Source: an uncultured Candidatus Bathyarchaeia archaeon (GTDB lineage: Archaea; Thermoproteota; CALKCG01; B24). Taken from it: DNA of 64,000 bases. This document shows, piece by piece, positions 1 to 9,164 of the stretch. The stretch spans positions 3,283 through 67,282 of the forward strand of contig CAZMSC010000002.1 in NCBI GenBank assembly GCA_964568845.1. The letters run 5' to 3'. A program made the position numbers and the translations under genes. Below the pieces are notes generated by a model, which was not told the DNA's origin, made no database searches, and was given only the letters and a program-made list of their open reading frames with translations. Every line of letters begins with the position of its first letter. Positions within the stretch are counted from its first letter, which is position 1.

Positions 1-165
1 ATGGAACGTCAAGGCATAATGGTTGAGGCAGCAAGCCTAAGCGTTCTAAGCGAAGAGGCATCTGGAGCATACAAACCATGCGATTTAGTAGCTGAAGTAA
101 GCCATAGAGTAGGAATAGCAACAAAAGTCGCCAGGTTAGTTCCAATAGCTGTAGTAAAGGGTTAG
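1..165 (+). CDS. rtcB: RNA-splicing ligase RtcB, C-terminal fragment (gene begins upstream of the window)
   Basis: Frame 1 is open from nt 1 to TAG at 163-165. The translation ..LSEEASGAYKPCDLVAEVSHRVGIATKVARLVPIAVVKG resembles the conserved RtcB C-terminus (AP.AYK..., VARL.PI.V.KG). Too short to appear in the ORF track. Confidence 0.7.
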   Translation: MERQGIMVEAASLSVLSEEASGAYKPCDLVAEVSHRVGIATKVARLVPIAVVKG

Positions 166-267
166 ATTTGGCTACAGAGAGTTGACTTGCGATATTTAGA
201 CCGTAAGCTTCTAACCTTTTAAAACACTTATCTCTTGCTTCAACGTTAATTATTCAAACATGCGGAT

Positions 268-489
268 TTATGGTACTCTTATCTTCGCGAGTTTCTCTGA
301 ATCCGAATGTAGCTCCCCACCAGATGCCCAGTTTGTTTTAGGTGTCTCATATATGATTATTTCCACAGCCTCCCTCGGTATCCCTACCTCCTCAAATGCC
401 TGAGTAATCCCCTTAACAATTTTACGTTTACTCTCAATACTCATGCCAGACCAAACGGAGACTTGAACCACTGGCAGAACTATCACCAT
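268..489 (-). CDS. 4-oxalocrotonate tautomerase family protein
   Basis: The ORF 268..504 translation (LPVVQVSVWSGMSIESKRKIVKGITQAFEEVGIPREAVEIIIYETPKTNWASGG) has the typical beta-alpha-beta tautomerase pattern. The start is uncertain: ATG at 487-489, while the family normally needs Pro at position 2. Confidence 0.65.
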   Translation of the reverse strand: MVIVLPVVQVSVWSGMSIESKRKIVKGITQAFEEVGIPREAVEIIIYETPKTNWASGGELHSDSEKLAKIRVP

Positions 490-560
490 TAAAAAGAAGA
501 ACATTTAGACTATTTAAGACTACAACTGCTTCGGGCGTCGTCATTTCATCTATCTCTTGC

Positions 561-1330
561 TTATAAAGTAAGCCATGGTTTTAAATACTCGAAGAATACT
601 ACTTTAACCTCCGGGTACTCCTGCTTTAGGATTTTGGAGAATCTTCTAAGACCTATGTTCTCACTTACGCTATGACCAACCTCTATCATATCTACCCCCG
701 CATTTAGAACGTAGCATTCAGGGTATTCATCCATTTCACCAGCTATTAAAACATGGGGTTTATAGCTTAGAAGAGTCTCTACGAAGCCTATGTTAAGGCT
801 TAACCCTAAACCACTCCACGCAAGTCCAATTCTCTTAACCTTATGCTCCCTCCCACCAGTCAACCTCACGTTTTCCAGGTTAAGCCTCCTCTTAACTTCT
901 AAGGCTAATTTTTCCACAGTAGTTTCAGCTACATCGTAATCCTAACATAGCCATGTCTCACAGACGGCTCAGGTAATTCTAAGGCTTCGGCAAAGCAGTC
1001 TAAAATACACATTCTATCTAATGTTCCATGAGCCCTAAAGACCGTTATATCATGCTCTGAAAGCATTTTAAACCTCCTACGGTTGACGCTCCAAGTTAAG
1101 TAAGACTCAAACTCCGTGTCTCTTTGAAAACTATAAGGGTAGAAGAGATCTTCATGAACAACCATAAGGTTACAATCCTCCACAGCCTTCTCTATAGCCT
1201 TCAATGTGGCCATCCGCGATACTAATATGCCTCTAACCTCTACATCCGGATTTCTAAACCGAAACCCCTCTTCAGACCCCAAACTTCCAGCAGACTTCTC
1301 AAGAAACTCTTTAACCTCTAAAGCCTTCAT
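561..1330 (-). pseudogene. NIF3-family (GTP cyclohydrolase 1 type 2 homolog) gene split into two ORFs by a frameshift
   Basis: ORF 929..1330 is the N-terminal half (MVVHEDLFYP, VFRAHGTLD). ORF 561..917 is the C-terminal half (IAGEMDEY, IEVGHSVSEN). The frames differ by one nt and both are open only across 929-944. There ..HGYVRIT and DVAETTVEKLALEVK.. can be joined by restoring a single base. Confidence 0.65.
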
Positions 1331-1414
1331 GAAAGATAGTAAAGTAAGCTTTGAAAATAATCTTTTCGCAATAGATTGTAGGCTTCAGCTGTACTCGTCA
1401 GTCAATATTAACTA

Positions 1415-2422
1415 TCACATCAACGGCAATCTAACAGCTCTCCTTTCGCTATTGCTTCTATATACAGCCTCCACCAATTCCTGTGCTTTAACAGCGTCAT
1501 CAACCGTTATGGAAACCTCTCCTCCGCTTTTCACAGCATCTATCAATTCGTCAAGGGAGTTTTTACCTATGCGTTCAAGATTCGGCTTAATCCAACCCTT
1601 CAAACCCCTACTGTAGTATATTAACCCGATGGAAGTCCTTATTAACGAGCCCCTATCCCCATAGATCTCTAATGGAGACCATGAAATGCCCTCAATCAAC
1701 TGCGTCCATCCGCCATCAAGTATGCCTATAGCTCCCCTAGAGAACCTTATTACGCCGATCCCCTGATCGTCCACCTCATAATTTGACGTGAAATTCTCTA
1801 TAAACCCCGTCACTTCAAGAGGTTCATCTCCAAGAATGTATCTGAGCAGGTCGGCTCCATGGATACATAAGTCGAGAAAACCTCCACCACCAGCCATATC
1901 CTTAACAGCAAACCACTCGCTCCATCCCTTAAACCACCGATCTATGGCTGCTGAATGAGCCACTCTAACTCTAACCATACTTATTCTACCGAGCTCACCG
2001 CTGAGTACTACTTCTCTAGCTTTAGCATTTTCAGGGTTAAACCTCGCATTAAAGCCTGTAGTGAATTTGACTCCACTACTCTTCACAACATCTCTTATTT
2101 CCAATGCATCCTTAAGATTTACACCTATAGGTTTCTCACAGAAGACGTGAATACCATTCTCAGCAGCCAACTTAACATAAGTTAAATGCTTCACTGTTTC
2201 AGTGTTTATTACAAAAATATCAGGCCTCTTCCTAACGGCTTCCTCAATCTTTCCGAAGAACTTTAAGCTGTATCTGTTCGCATAATATCTACCCCTCTCT
2301 TCATCATCGTAAACACCTACTACTTCAACGTCGCCGATTTCCATCCCCCTCTTCAAAAGTTGCTCAGTATAGCTTAATGCATGCCCGTGAGCATAACCAA
2401 CTATTAACACCTTTACAACCAT
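1415..2422 (-). CDS. Gfo/Idh/MocA family NAD(P)-dependent oxidoreductase
   Basis: 335-aa ORF with an N-terminal Rossmann pattern (KVLIVGYAHGH..), an EKP motif (FCEKPIG) and a C-terminal alpha/beta domain typical of the family. Confidence 0.8.
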   Translation of the reverse strand: MVVKVLIVGYAHGHALSYTEQLLKRGMEIGDVEVVGVYDDEERGRYYANRYSLKFFGKIEEAVRKRPDIFVINTETVKHLTYVKLAAENGIHVFCEKPIGVNLKDALEIRDVVKSSGVKFTTGFNARFNPENAKAREVVLSGELGRISMVRVRVAHSAAIDRWFKGWSEWFAVKDMAGGGGFLDLCIHGADLLRYILGDEPLEVTGFIENFTSNYEVDDQGIGVIRFSRGAIGILDGGWTQLIEGISWSPLEIYGDRGSLIRTSIGLIYYSRGLKGWIKPNLERIGKNSLDELIDAVKSGGEVSITVDDAVKAQELVEAVYRSNSERRAVRLPLM

Positions 2423-2467
2423 CTAACAGTCCCCCATCGACAGTCTGAATTGCCCTCTTTAACTTGT

Positions 2468-2680
2468 TCAACAATAATGGTTATAACTTTTTGCACAATT
2501 TACTCTTCGATCTATCAGTTTGACAGCAGTTTTGTAAACTTGCCCACTCTCAACCTTTCCTAAGAATAAAACTTCAAGTCTTTTCAGTAAGACATCTCCA
2601 TAGACGTTATTCTTTAAAAATTGTGACACGTATTTACGGTGAGTTGCAAGCTTCAAAGTTAACTTTAATACGGTCAACAT
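2468..2680 (-). CDS. hypothetical small protein (doubtful)
   Basis: 70-aa ORF in the gap between the oxidoreductase and the MFS gene. I recognise no motif. Confidence 0.2.
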   Translation of the reverse strand: MLTVLKLTLKLATHRKYVSQFLKNNVYGDVLLKRLEVLFLGKVESGQVYKTAVKLIDRRVNCAKSYNHYC

Positions 2681-2704
2681 AATTCTAGCTTATACAAGTC
2701 TAAT

Positions 2705-3913
2705 ATGAAACATGCCTCTGAATTCAGAACAGCATACGTCAGCATTTTACTTCTAGGAATCGTAAGTTTGATGGGCGATATTGTTTATGAAGGTTCACGC
2801 GGCCTAATACCGGACTATCTCAAGTTTTTAGGTGCTACTGCTTTCATTGTGGGTCTTGTCAGCGGGCTTGGAGAATTTATAGGCTACGCTATGAGACTGG
2901 TCAGTGGTTTTCTAGCTGACACCACACGCGCTTACTGGTTTTTCATGTTTCTAGGCTATGGGCTAATCGTTTCAATACCGCTTCTAGGATTTTCAAACAT
3001 CTGGGAAATGGCTGTAATACTGGTTTTACTTGAAAGGCTAGGGAAAGCGTGCAGATCTCCATCTAGAGATACCATATTGTCGATCGTAAGTGAAGGTGTT
3101 GGAACTGGTAAAGCATTCGGTATACATGAGTTTCTAGACCAGGTCGGCGCTGTGACGGGCCCTCTTGTAGTATCAGGCCTGATGTTCTACAGTAGCAACA
3201 ACTATAACTTGACTTTCAGCCTCTTATCAATACCGTTTACAATGCTTCTCATAGCCTTAGTCTCTACATACTGGAAGATAAGATCCAAAGTAGTGGTTGA
3301 GTCGAAGACGACGCATATGAGAAGTAGGTTTCTTGGAAGACCCTTCTACATTTACACGTTAGCAGTTATGTTGAATACCATCGGTCTTATACCAGCCTCG
3401 CTAATACTGTACAAAGCCTCAGCAATCCTCCAGCCTGAGCAACAGCAATGGATAGTTCCTCTTATATACTTGCTGATCCAGGGGATTGATGCACCAGCAG
3501 CCCTGCTCTCGGGATATCTATATGACAGGTTTGGTATTAGAATTCTAATGCTACCGTTCATCCTCTCAATATTTCCACCAATATTTACCATGCTCAACAC
3601 CGATTTAACGACGTTGATAATAGCCTCCATATTCTTCGGAGTAGTCCTTGGAGTGCAGGAATCGACGTACCGTGCGGCGGTCTCAATATTCACACCCGTC
3701 TCCTCTAGGGGGACGGCTTATGGGATTTTCAACGTAGCCTATGGAATAGGCTTCCTGATAAGCGGCGGAATTTACGGTCTAATAATGGACCTTCATATTC
3801 CTCTGATTACAACCCTACTCTTCGCAGTTTTAACTCAGACTGTAGCTTTAGTTGCTCTATTATACGCTCATCGAAACCTAAGTGGAGTTGAACTGGTGAA
3901 ACAAACGGCTTAA
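2705..3913 (+). CDS. MFS-type transporter
   Basis: 402-aa ORF that is hydrophobic throughout, with about 12 predicted TM segments and a central loop. A charged loop motif (LERLGKACRSPSRD) is typical of the major facilitator superfamily. Confidence 0.7.
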   Translation: MKHASEFRTAYVSILLLGIVSLMGDIVYEGSRGLIPDYLKFLGATAFIVGLVSGLGEFIGYAMRLVSGFLADTTRAYWFFMFLGYGLIVSIPLLGFSNIWEMAVILVLLERLGKACRSPSRDTILSIVSEGVGTGKAFGIHEFLDQVGAVTGPLVVSGLMFYSSNNYNLTFSLLSIPFTMLLIALVSTYWKIRSKVVVESKTTHMRSRFLGRPFYIYTLAVMLNTIGLIPASLILYKASAILQPEQQQWIVPLIYLLIQGIDAPAALLSGYLYDRFGIRILMLPFILSIFPPIFTMLNTDLTTLIIASIFFGVVLGVQESTYRAAVSIFTPVSSRGTAYGIFNVAYGIGFLISGGIYGLIMDLHIPLITTLLFAVLTQTVALVALLYAHRNLSGVELVKQTA

Positions 3914-3967
3914 GCAAGCTGAAACATACTCTACGTTTAAGTTAAACCTAATAGCTAGTTATATTAT

Positions 3968-4453
3968 GTGTGTAGGTTCAAACTCGTTGCCATAGGAGGC
4001 ACGTTCGACATTATTCATAAGGGTCATATAGAGCTTCTACGTACCGCTTTTGAAATTGGAGATAAAGTTATCATAGGGCTCTCAACGGATGATTTTGTAA
4101 AAAGAATGGGGAAGCACCATGAAGTTAAACCGTACTTTGAAAGATTAGAAAACTTAAGAAAGCTGTTAATCGATATGCGGGTGGACTCTAGGGCAATTGT
4201 CACGCCTATAGAAGACCCATATGGTCCAGCCGCATCAGACTCGGCTATAGAAGCAGTAGTTGTCAGCGATGAAACTCAACATAGAGCGTTTGAAATAAAC
4301 AGGCTTAGAGAGGTTAAGGGTTTGAGAGCCCTCGAAATCGTAAAAATCTCTATGGTTTTAGCAGAGAATGGGAAGCCAATATCATCCACTAGGATAAGGC
4401 TTGGCGAAATAGATGAGAGTGGTAGACTGCTGAGAAAAAATAAATCTGTCTGA
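3968..4453 (+). CDS. archaeal-type phosphopantetheine adenylyltransferase (cytidylyltransferase-like fold)
   Basis: GGTFDIIHKGHIELL (HxGH nucleotidyltransferase motif) and ISSTRIR near the C-terminus. Size of about 160 aa fits archaeal PPAT. GTG start. Confidence 0.7.
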   Translation: MCRFKLVAIGGTFDIIHKGHIELLRTAFEIGDKVIIGLSTDDFVKRMGKHHEVKPYFERLENLRKLLIDMRVDSRAIVTPIEDPYGPAASDSAIEAVVVSDETQHRAFEINRLREVKGLRALEIVKISMVLAENGKPISSTRIRLGEIDESGRLLRKNKSV

Positions 4454-4471
4454 TAGGTACAGTATAGACAC

Positions 4472-5842
4472 GTGGGATACATCTACGATCTAGTGGTTGT
4501 AGGTGCTGGGACAGGAGGGTGTCTAGCCGCAAAAACCGCTGCGAAAAACGGTTTAAATGTATGCCTTGTAGAATCTAAGTCTGGCGAAAAAGTTGGGCTT
4601 AAAGCTTGTGGAGACGCCGTTGGAAAGCACCATTTTGACAACATAGGGTTGGCATATCCTACAGGTTCAGAGCTCTGCTGGGAGCTTGAAGGCGTTGAAG
4701 TAGTTTCACCAGACTTTGAAACATCTTTTAGAATAGCGGGTTTAGGCGCTAAAGCCTTTATGGTTGATAGGGTTGAATTCGGAAGAAGACTTGTTAAAGA
4801 GGCTTTAGATGCCGGTGTGGAATTTATGGATAAGACCACGGTCTTAGAACCAGTTATTGAAAACAACCATGTAGTAGCTGTTAAAGTTAAAAGCAACGTT
4901 TCCAATGGAATTTTAAGGGGCAGGGTTTTCATAGACGCCTCAGGCGTATCCGCGGTTCTTCGGAGAAATGCGCCTGAGGTTCCGGGGTTTGAAAAGACTG
5001 TGGATAAGGAAGACTTTGAAATAGCATATAGAGAGATCAGGGTTTTAGAGAATGAGATTGATGATAAAACGTTCGGCTTTATATACTTAAACCAGGAATA
5101 TGCCCCAGGAGGATACTTCTGGCTATTCCCTAAAGGTTTAAACATAGCCAACATAGGGTTGGGCGTTCAATTTTCAAGAGCAAGTATGGAGATTAAGAAC
5201 TACTTCACGCGGTTTATTAAGGAGAAACTTCCGTGGCTCAATAAAGCTGAGGTTTTAGATGGAAGAGGAGCGCCCGTCCCAACTAGAAGGCCGCTGGACA
5301 ACATGGTTTCAAACGGTTTAATAGTCATAGGTGATGCTGCTTGCCAAGTCAACCCAATTCACGGTGGAGGTATGGGGCCATCCATGACTGCTGGTAAAAT
5401 CGCTGGTGAGGTTGCTGTGAAGGCTTTGGAGAAGGATGATTTAAGCTACAGGGGGCTTTGGGACTACAATGTAGCATACATGAAGGGTTACGGTACTAAA
5501 CAAGCATCCCTTGACGTTTTCAGAATTTTCCTTCAAAACATTTCAGATGATGAGTTAAACTATGGTATGAGCCGAAAGTTGATAGCTGAGGAGGATGTTT
5601 TAAAAGCTAGCCTCTATGGCGAAGTTAAATTATCGATAACCGATAAAACCTTAAGGTTTCTACGTTCAGTGGGTAAGATTAACCTCGTTTTGAGACTTGG
5701 AAAAGTAGCAGAATTGATGAAAACCGTTAAACTACATTATCAGAATTTTCCGGAAAACCCCGAAGACTTTCCGAAGTGGTTGGAGAAGACGAGGAAGTTG
5801 GTGGAAGAGTATAAAATGGTCGTCGGTATGGGAAACGTTTAA
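4472..5842 (+). CDS. geranylgeranyl reductase family flavoprotein (lipid/prenyl reductase)
   Basis: N-terminal FAD fold DLVVVGAGTGGCLAA..VCLVESK and the motif VIGDAACQVNPIHGGGMG, both typical of archaeal GGR. Confidence 0.8.
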   Translation: MGYIYDLVVVGAGTGGCLAAKTAAKNGLNVCLVESKSGEKVGLKACGDAVGKHHFDNIGLAYPTGSELCWELEGVEVVSPDFETSFRIAGLGAKAFMVDRVEFGRRLVKEALDAGVEFMDKTTVLEPVIENNHVVAVKVKSNVSNGILRGRVFIDASGVSAVLRRNAPEVPGFEKTVDKEDFEIAYREIRVLENEIDDKTFGFIYLNQEYAPGGYFWLFPKGLNIANIGLGVQFSRASMEIKNYFTRFIKEKLPWLNKAEVLDGRGAPVPTRRPLDNMVSNGLIVIGDAACQVNPIHGGGMGPSMTAGKIAGEVAVKALEKDDLSYRGLWDYNVAYMKGYGTKQASLDVFRIFLQNISDDELNYGMSRKLIAEEDVLKASLYGEVKLSITDKTLRFLRSVGKINLVLRLGKVAELMKTVKLHYQNFPENPEDFPKWLEKTRKLVEEYKMVVGMGNV

Positions 5843-5875
5843 CAATTCGCATGAGCTATTAAACGTAGTGCAAAC

Positions 5876-6600
5876 ATGTCTTCCGAGGAATTTGAAAGGG
5901 AAAAGGAGAGGCTTATAGAAATATACGTCAGAGAAGGTATTCTAAAGACGAAATCTGTCATAGAGGCGTTCAGAAGAGTCCCGAGAGAGAACTTCATACC
6001 CGAATACTTGAAAGAGTACGCATACGTCGATACACCGTTACCTATAGGCTATGGTCAAACTATATCTGCACCACACTTCTAGCCTGGCGGCTAGAGGGGT
6101 GATACATGGTCTGTATAATGAATGAAGCTCTTGAGCTTGAAGTCGGTTTGAAAGTGTTGGAGGTTGGAGCTGGCTCGGGATACCATGCATGTACGATAGC
6201 TGAAACAGTCGCGCCATCAGATGCTCCTAGGGAGAAGTGGGGTCACGTCTGGACGATTGAGATAGTGTTTGAACTCTACAAGATGGCTGAAGAAAATGTA
6301 CGTAGAAACGGATATTCAGATAGAGTTACAGTTATACATGGTGACGGGTCCTTAGGCCATCCCGAAAACGCCCCCTACGACCGTATCCTAGTTACAGCCG
6401 CAGCTCCTGAGATTCCTGATACGCTAGTCGAGCAGCTTAAAATAGGTGGAATAGTGGTTATCCCTATTGGAGCGCCCGGCGGTTTCCAAGAACTGGTTAA
6501 AGCGTACAAGCGAAGCGACAGATCTGTTGAAACATTACATCTGGGAGGTGTAGCATTCGTACCTTTGAGGGGTAGGAAAGGCTGGAGAGGATGGTGGTGA
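5876..6600 (+). CDS. pcm: protein-L-isoaspartate O-methyltransferase, interrupted by a 29-nt BHB-type intron (exons 5876..6074 and 6104..6600)
   Basis: ORF 5876..6082 ends ..[14 protein letters not shown] 6106..6600 starts [28 protein letters not shown] (SAM motif I). PIMT proteins have the contiguous motif TISAPHMVA.M.E.L, and removing 6075..6103 yields exactly ..[15 protein letters not shown].. in frame (231 codons). Confidence 0.85.
6075..6103 (+). other. predicted bulge-helix-bulge (BHB) intron within the pcm mRNA
   Basis: Central 4-bp helix 6069-6072 (CACC) pairs with 6098-6101 (GGUG). The 3-nt bulges are 6073-6075 (ACA) and 6102-6104 (AUA), on opposite strands. The inner helix is 9 bp, 6076-6084 with 6089-6097 (one G-U), with loop UGGC. 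The outer helix is only 2 bp (6067-6068 with 6105-6106). Cleavage after the 2nd nt of each bulge removes 29 nt. Confidence 0.7.
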
Positions 6601-7034
6601 CGGGGCCTCAAGTCAGAGAGTTTATACTGGCTAGAGGTCATCCAAACATAACGGCTAAACATAAAACCACGTTCGAAATAACTAAAGACCCTTATGTAAC
6701 GCCCAGGGGAGATTGCATAATAGCTGTTTCAGCGTCGAAAGCAGCCTACGATTTAAGTCGGGAATTTAAACATCTTATTAAAAACGAGAATACACTTGTA
6801 GCATTCAAGCTTGAAGTCGGACCGTTTACTTGGACAGTTAGAGGATATGGATCCGAGAGAATGACTTTGACCGATGTAAAATCCATGGTTTTTAGGAGAA
6901 GCCAGTACATATGTCCTAGAACTGTTATGACCAAGGCCAACGCGTCAGCGTCCAATGTACCTAGGGAAATACTGCCACTTTTAAAAAACCCAGATACGGT
7001 TATACGTATAACCCTTGAAGCCTCCAGACAGTAG
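6591..7034 (+). CDS. DUF371-family protein (conserved archaeal, function unknown)
   Basis: ARGHPNITAKHKTTFEITKD...PRGDCIIAVSA matches the DUF371/COG2090 pattern. The start overlaps the pcm stop by 10 nt (ATGGTGGTGA). Confidence 0.65.
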   Translation: MVVTGPQVREFILARGHPNITAKHKTTFEITKDPYVTPRGDCIIAVSASKAAYDLSREFKHLIKNENTLVAFKLEVGPFTWTVRGYGSERMTLTDVKSMVFRRSQYICPRTVMTKANASASNVPREILPLLKNPDTVIRITLEASRQ

Positions 7035-7073
7035 TCTTATTCAGCGGTGCACATTTAAAGCAATTTTCCGACT

Positions 7074-8129
7074 TTATTCAACTATAGCATCAATAACTAT
7101 ATGATACCTCCTAGGTGCAACCTCTCTAACAATTCTCATTTTAGCGGATTTTACAGATCTCCCAAACTTTTCAACGTTTTTATGGAAATCCTCTAAAACA
7201 CCATATTCCAAATCGCTTTCTGGACGAAACTCATAGTAGTGTATTGCTCCACCTGTTCGTTTAAGTGCGTCGCATGCGGTTTTGAGAAACATTCCGGCGT
7301 AGGAGGGATTATCCATTATAACTCTATCGAACATACTCTTTAAGCCGGACTCTACGATTTTAGTAACATCTCCTTCAATCGGTATCACCTTATTCTCAAC
7401 TTTATTCTTCTCAATATTATGCTTGAGATATTTAACGGCGTTAGGGTTTAAATCGACAGCGTAGACTTTACACTCTCTAACCCTTTTAGCGATTAAAATC
7501 GCATAGCATCCAACACCTGTAAACATGTCCAGTATCACCTCATTCGGTTTAACCATAGACGCAACCCTTAAGCGTTCATAGCTCAACCTAGGGCTTACAT
7601 ATACTTTAACAGGATCCACTAGATATACACATCCATGCTCTCTGTAAATTGTCTCCGTTTCACCGGAGCCCGCTATAACCTCATAACCTCCAACCCTGAA
7701 AGCTCCAGCTATCGGGCTACTTTTCACTAAGACTGTTTTAATATGTGGGTGGATTTTGAGAACAGCCTCCCCAATGGTTTTTACGAACGGCCTCAACTCG
7801 TCTCGAACCTGTATGACAGCAACTTCACCTATTAAATCCATTGAAGATGGTACCAGGTTGAGCAATTCATCTGGAATTAAGTTCTTCAAAGCATCTCTAA
7901 CGCTGGCTGTTTTAAACCTAGGTTCGAATACATCTACCTGCAGGATTGACTTAACGCGGCTGAGCTTTTCAATCTCTTCAATCGTCGGTTTTCTTAAAAG
8001 TGGAACTACTATAGAATCGTCTGTCTGCTTAATCTTAAAATCCTCATCTAAAAGCCTTATGTCTCTGAGAAGCTTAATCAGAAGGTTAAATTCCCGCTTA
8101 TCGACTCTTAAAGCTGGTTTTTCAGACAT
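7074..8129 (-). CDS. trm5: tRNA (guanine37-N1)-methyltransferase Trm5/Taw22-like (Met-10+ family)
   Basis: 351-aa ORF with SAM motif DMFTGVGCYAI, DLNPNAVKYL and VIMDNPS, and the N-terminal D1/D2 domains typical of archaeal Trm5. Confidence 0.75.
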   Translation of the reverse strand: MSEKPALRVDKREFNLLIKLLRDIRLLDEDFKIKQTDDSIVVPLLRKPTIEEIEKLSRVKSILQVDVFEPRFKTASVRDALKNLIPDELLNLVPSSMDLIGEVAVIQVRDELRPFVKTIGEAVLKIHPHIKTVLVKSSPIAGAFRVGGYEVIAGSGETETIYREHGCVYLVDPVKVYVSPRLSYERLRVASMVKPNEVILDMFTGVGCYAILIAKRVRECKVYAVDLNPNAVKYLKHNIEKNKVENKVIPIEGDVTKIVESGLKSMFDRVIMDNPSYAGMFLKTACDALKRTGGAIHYYEFRPESDLEYGVLEDFHKNVEKFGRSVKSAKMRIVREVAPRRYHIVIDAIVE

Positions 8130-8159
8130 TTAAATTAAAAAATAAAATTTGGTTGATTT

Positions 8160-9164
8160 CTACTTTTCTATACCGGCCATTTTACGTATACTTCTACCGA
8201 CCACTTCAAGAGGATGCTGTTCAATCTTCATAAGAAGACGTTTAAGATTGGGTCTGCCAGCAGCGTCTTCCCTAATCCACTCTTCAGAATATTTCCCACT
8301 TATAACTTCTTCAGCAATTCTACGCATATTCTCTTTAACCCTCTCATCTAAAACCCTCGGCCCTCTAGTTAAACCTCCATGTTTAGCGGTATCTGAAACA
8401 GCTTGAAGCATACCAGTTATACCGCGCTCGTATATGAGATCCATTATAAGTTTAGCTTCATTGCATGCTTCAAAGTAGGCGAGTTCAGGTGGATAGCCGA
8501 ACTCAACGAGAACTTCAAAACCCTTCATAATAAGCTCAATCAATCCACCTACCAGTACGCACTGCTCACCTATCAGATCGCTCTCCGTTTCATCCTTGAA
8601 GGTGGTTTCTATAACTCCTGCTTTAGTGCAACCTAAAGCCTTAGCCATGGCTAGAACAATTTCTCTAGCATTTCCACTATAATCTTGGTATACTGCTGTA
8701 AGTGCTGGGACTCCAAACCCATCCAAATACATACGTCTCAAAAGATAGCCTGGGCTTTTCGGAGCAACCATTATGACATCTACGTTTGAAGGTGGAATTA
8801 TCCGTTTAAAGTGTATGTTGAAGCCGTGGCTGAAGCCTAAGGCTTTCCCCTCTGAAATGTTTGGAGCAATATGCTTCGCATATACTTCAGGTTGAGTTGT
8901 ATCCGGTATAAGTATGTGAACGATGTCACCGAGCTTAGATGCTTCAGCTATCTCATACACTTTGAAGCCGTCTTCAGAAGCAAGCTTCCAAGACTTTCCA
9001 TCTCGTCGAACACCTATAATCACGTCTAAACCGGAGTCTCTGAAGTTTAAAGCTTGATTCCTCCCCTGACTTCCATAACCTATAATCGCCAGGGTTTTAC
9101 CTTTAAGAGGTTCTAGGGATGTATCCTCATCGTGGAAAATCTTAACCACAGATGACACCCTCAA
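8160..9164 (-). CDS. ilvC: ketol-acid reductoisomerase
   Basis: [19 protein letters not shown], the class I KARI length (334 aa), and position in the ilv operon. Confidence 0.95.
   Translation of the reverse strand: MRVSSVVKIFHDEDTSLEPLKGKTLAIIGYGSQGRNQALNFRDSGLDVIIGVRRDGKSWKLASEDGFKVYEIAEASKLGDIVHILIPDTTQPEVYAKHIAPNISEGKALGFSHGFNIHFKRIIPPSNVDVIMVAPKSPGYLLRRMYLDGFGVPALTAVYQDYSGNAREIVLAMAKALGCTKAGVIETTFKDETESDLIGEQCVLVGGLIELIMKGFEVLVEFGYPPELAYFEACNEAKLIMDLIYERGITGMLQAVSDTAKHGGLTRGPRVLDERVKENMRRIAEEVISGKYSEEWIREDAAGRPNLKRLLMKIEQHPLEVVGRSIRKMAGIEK

Noticed and set aside
229-562. Identical 12-mer TATCTCTTGCTT just 3' of two minus-strand genes (229-240 and 551-562) as a shared terminator or processing signal.
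   Set aside because: Many identical 12-mer pairs are expected by chance in 64 kb, and there are only two copies with no flanking similarity.
929-944. Whether the NIF3 break is a second BHB intron like the one in pcm.
   Set aside because: Only a 4-bp hairpin (GTAG-ctgaaa-CTAC) is present, with no 4-bp helix flanked by two 3-nt bulges. The protein alignment is already gap-free if one base is restored, so a 1-nt indel is the simpler explanation.
4483-5154. Long antisense ORFs opposite well-supported genes, e.g. 4483..5154 (223 aa), 13169..13681, 1206..1616, 19059..19532, 10210..10614, 33756..34127, 43368..43870 and 61075..61416.
   Set aside because: All lie entirely within, and antisense to, genes with strong family motifs. 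Their translations are low-complexity (Ser/Leu/Pro/Thr-rich) with no recognisable domains, so they are shadow ORFs.
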